Below are positions 63,283 to 64,000 of a DNA stretch of 64,000 nucleotides, in pieces. The position numbers were made by a program, and so were the translations under genes. Below the pieces are notes generated by a model. The model was not told where the DNA came from and did no database searches. It saw only the letters and a list, made by a program, of their open reading frames with translations. How positions within the stretch are numbered: the stretch's first letter is position 1; each line of letters starts with the position of its first letter. The DNA is from Cetorhinus maximus. Taxonomy: Eukaryota. The stretch covers positions 90,334,001 through 90,398,000 of the forward strand of contig NC_135888.1 of the NCBI RefSeq assembly GCF_964194155.1, given 5' to 3'.

Positions 63283-64000
63283 TATTCACTAATTCACTAT
63301 TCACTAATTCTTCAAGGGCTTGTGTATTTGACCATCCTTGTAATATTTGTTCACAGACTCTTGTTAAAATTGGATCATAATTTGTCCAATTTATCTGTCT
63401 CATGCAGACTGGTGAGGAGTCCAAGAAATTCAACACAAGTACTACCTCTTGAGGTACTGGAACATATGTAATACTATCGGGCAAAGGGGGATGATTGAGG
63501 GTGTCTACATTTGCTATCTGCACACCTGGACAGTGCATAAAAGTGTACTCCTATGCCAACAAAATTAAAGCTCATCTTTGAATTCTAGCAGAGGCTATCG
63601 GTGGGATTGCCTTATCTTCACTAAACAAATGTAGCAGTGATTTGTGATCTGACACGATGGTGAAGTGTCGACCATGCAAATATTGATTGAACCTGTTCTC
63701 GCCAAATATGATAGATAAGCCCTCTTTTTCAATTTGCGAGTAACCTTTCTCAGCTGCAGAAAGGGTTCTGGATACATATCCTATCGGCTTTTCAGATCCA
63801 TCCTCCATCTTGTGTGACAATACTGCTCCCACTCCATAGGGATATGCATCACAAGTGAGTATCAATTCCTTAGATGGATCATAGTGCACTAGCAGACACA
63901 ATGAGTGTAAAAGCTTCTTGATTCTTGTGAAGGCTTCCTCCTTCTGTGCCTCCCAGGACCACTTGTAGTTCTTCTTCAAGAACAAGTGTAAAGAGGCTAA

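Larger units (their letters stand above)
58720..64000 (-). mobile_element. Gypsy LTR retrotransposon (3' LTR, integrase, RNase H; continues past the window) with three nested insertions
   Basis: LTR 58720-58922 (TGTAAT...TACA) with PPT AAAGGGGGAAGAA; RNase H LTCDAYPYGVGAVLSH, YSQIEKEGL, VSDHKSL; integrase HPGISKMK, CLQC, LHIDYVGPF, IDAHSKW, SDNGTIFTSTEF. Confidence 0.95.

Overview
This is eukaryotic, repeat-dominated, CpG-poor DNA. The repeat repertoire strongly suggests a cartilaginous fish (shark) intronic or intergenic region; this is inferred from repeat families, not from a database hit. That repertoire includes CR1, L2 and RTE LINEs, K02A2.6-type Gypsy elements, many solo LTRs, Harbinger elements with Myb/SANT-like ORFs and their MITEs, a Penelope-type inverted repeat and a tRNA-derived SINE. 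I find no intact protein-coding gene, tRNA/rRNA gene or CRISPR array. Nearly all listed ORFs are decayed transposon fragments or antisense noise. Many insertions can be bounded by target-site duplications (TSDs) and ordered in time through nesting. The most notable items are: (1) a 231-bp Penelope-type palindrome carrying two hammerhead-ribozyme-like cores; (2) a composite Harbinger with an inverted, intron-containing Myb/SANT gene and a perfect 20-bp fold-back at the junction; (3) a ~490-bp local templated duplication; (4) a cluster of hairpin-rich MITEs; (5) a full-length RTE with a 16-bp TSD. A few possible host exons are reported at low confidence. All alignments and identities were done by eye. 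I did not find convincing evidence of a wholly new biological system.
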